A program made the translations under genes and the position numbers. Positions 4,553-5,754 of a stretch of DNA of 5,754 nucleotides are shown one piece after another; the first letter of the stretch is position 1; each line of letters opens with the position of its first letter. Where the stretch lies: assembly GCF_006345805.1 (NCBI RefSeq), contig NW_021829952.1, positions 1 through 5,754 on the forward strand. The letters are read 5' to 3'. Under the pieces are notes generated by a model. The model made no database searches and was not told where the DNA came from. It saw nothing but the letters and a program-made list of their open reading frames with translations. This DNA comes from Octopus sinensis (taxonomy: Eukaryota).

Positions 4553-5754
4553 ATAACTTAGAATAACTTAGAAAGGTTTTGGCCAGTATTGGCCCAGGCC
4601 ATGTCTAACTTAATAGCACCACCTGGCGAAGTCTTTCAATTCAGGATTGGGGCACCGAGGCCCATTCGAGCAGAGAGTTATTGTTTGCGGAGACATATCC
4701 GGGTGTGGGTGGCTTGTCCGGGACTGTTTGAAGAAATTTGTCCAAGGACTTCTTGAATTTTGTGTGGTCAGTTTCTGTTTTGATGTCTCCTGGTGTAATG
4801 TTGAAGAGAGCGGGTCCAATTGAGGTGAAATAATTGTGCCGTATTGTCGTTATGTGATGCAATTTAGATTTTTGTTGTGGACGGATGGCACGTGGTCCAA
4901 GCATTGGATGTATTTTGAAGGTGATGCCAACATCATTCGGACAGTGCTGATGGAATATTTTCCACATCATACAGATAATGTAGCGTTCACGGCATCGTTG
5001 GAGTGAATACAGTTTCAGCTTCTCTAGTCTACCCCAGTAGTCAACGTCTGACATGCATCTATCTTTTTTGTGATTGACCTTTGGGGAGCTTCAATTCTCA
5101 TAATATTTTGTTTTGTGTAGGGAGACCACAGTGGACAGCAGTATTCAAGGTGGGGTCGGGCAAAAGTGGAGAAGAGAAGGATAATAGTGCGGGAATCTCT
5201 CGACTGGAAGGTTCTGAGAATCCAGGAACACATTCTGCGGGCCATGTCAACTTTGCTGCTTATATGTGTAGCCCAGCTTATGTTGTTGTCCACTGTTACT
5301 CCCAAGTCTCTGATGTTGTTGGACGCCATGAGAATTTCTCCAGAAGGAAGAGAGTATGGGAGTTTCAGAGCATCATCCCTTCCAAAGTGGATCAGTTCAA
5401 ATTTGTCTTCGTTTAGCAACATATTGTTCTTTTCCGCCCATTGGACAACAGCCAGTAGGTCTGACTGAAGGCTTATTTGGTCATCCATGCCATTGATGAC
5501 CTTCTGTAGCTTGGAATCATCAGCGAAGGTTCTGATGTTACTGTGTTTGATGATGTCAGTAATATCATTGATGTAGATGATGAAGAGAAGTGGGCCCAAC
5601 ACAGTGCCTTGTGGGACACCACTGCTGACTTTGGCTGGGCTGGATTTGACTCCTTCGACTACAACATGTTGGGTTCTGTTAGACAGGAAGCACTTGATCC
5701 ACTGCAGCAGCTTTCCAGTGACACCAATATTGGACAGCTTTCTCAAAAGGATCT
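4553..5754 (-). mobile_element. CR1/L2-group non-LTR retrotransposon, 3' portion (continues beyond the window)
   Basis: RT ORF, a short 3' UTR (4640-4573) with a stem-loop, and a terminal 10-bp tandem repeat (TCTAAGTTAT x2 on the minus strand, 4553-4572) instead of poly(A). Confidence 0.9.
4641..5754 (-). pseudogene. LINE ORF2 reverse transcriptase, C-terminal part, with a single 1-nt deletion frameshift near 5055-5056
   Basis: RT motifs GVPQGTVLGPLLFIIYIND, FADD, LQSDL, KFELIH and DLGV, followed in the adjacent frame by YWGRLEKLKLYSLQR.RERY and the stop TGA (4643-4641). The frame is open to the window edge (..ILLRKLSNIG), so the TTG at 5746 is not a real start. Confidence 0.93.

Noticed and set aside
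4610-5468. ORFs 4610-4819 (-), 5081-5416 (+) and 5166-5468 (+)
   Set aside because: Alternative-frame or antisense shadows of the LINE RT ORF.

Overview
AT-rich eukaryotic (animal) DNA made almost entirely of nested mobile elements embedded in (TA)n/(TACA)n microsatellites. The SINE families and microsatellite style look like Octopus/coleoid cephalopod DNA (inference from recall, not a search). No host protein-coding gene is supported. Contents: six tRNA-derived SINE copies from three families; an 805-bp solo LTR (TGTTA...TAACA, ATAT TSD); the 3' 1.2 kb of a young CR1/L2-group LINE whose reverse transcriptase ORF has one frameshift; and several Penelope-like (PLE) fragments. The most notable signal, invisible in the ORF track, is four minimal type I hammerhead ribozyme motifs within about 3.7 kb, in mutually unrelated sequence contexts. 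One has a fully canonical core (3038-3101, minus). One is a U4C variant in a 60-bp-arm fold-back (113-150). One is degenerate and ends exactly at its cleavage site (2906-2936). One is degenerate and duplicated in both arms of a 190-bp near-perfect palindrome (3791-3980). All alignments and folds were done by eye.
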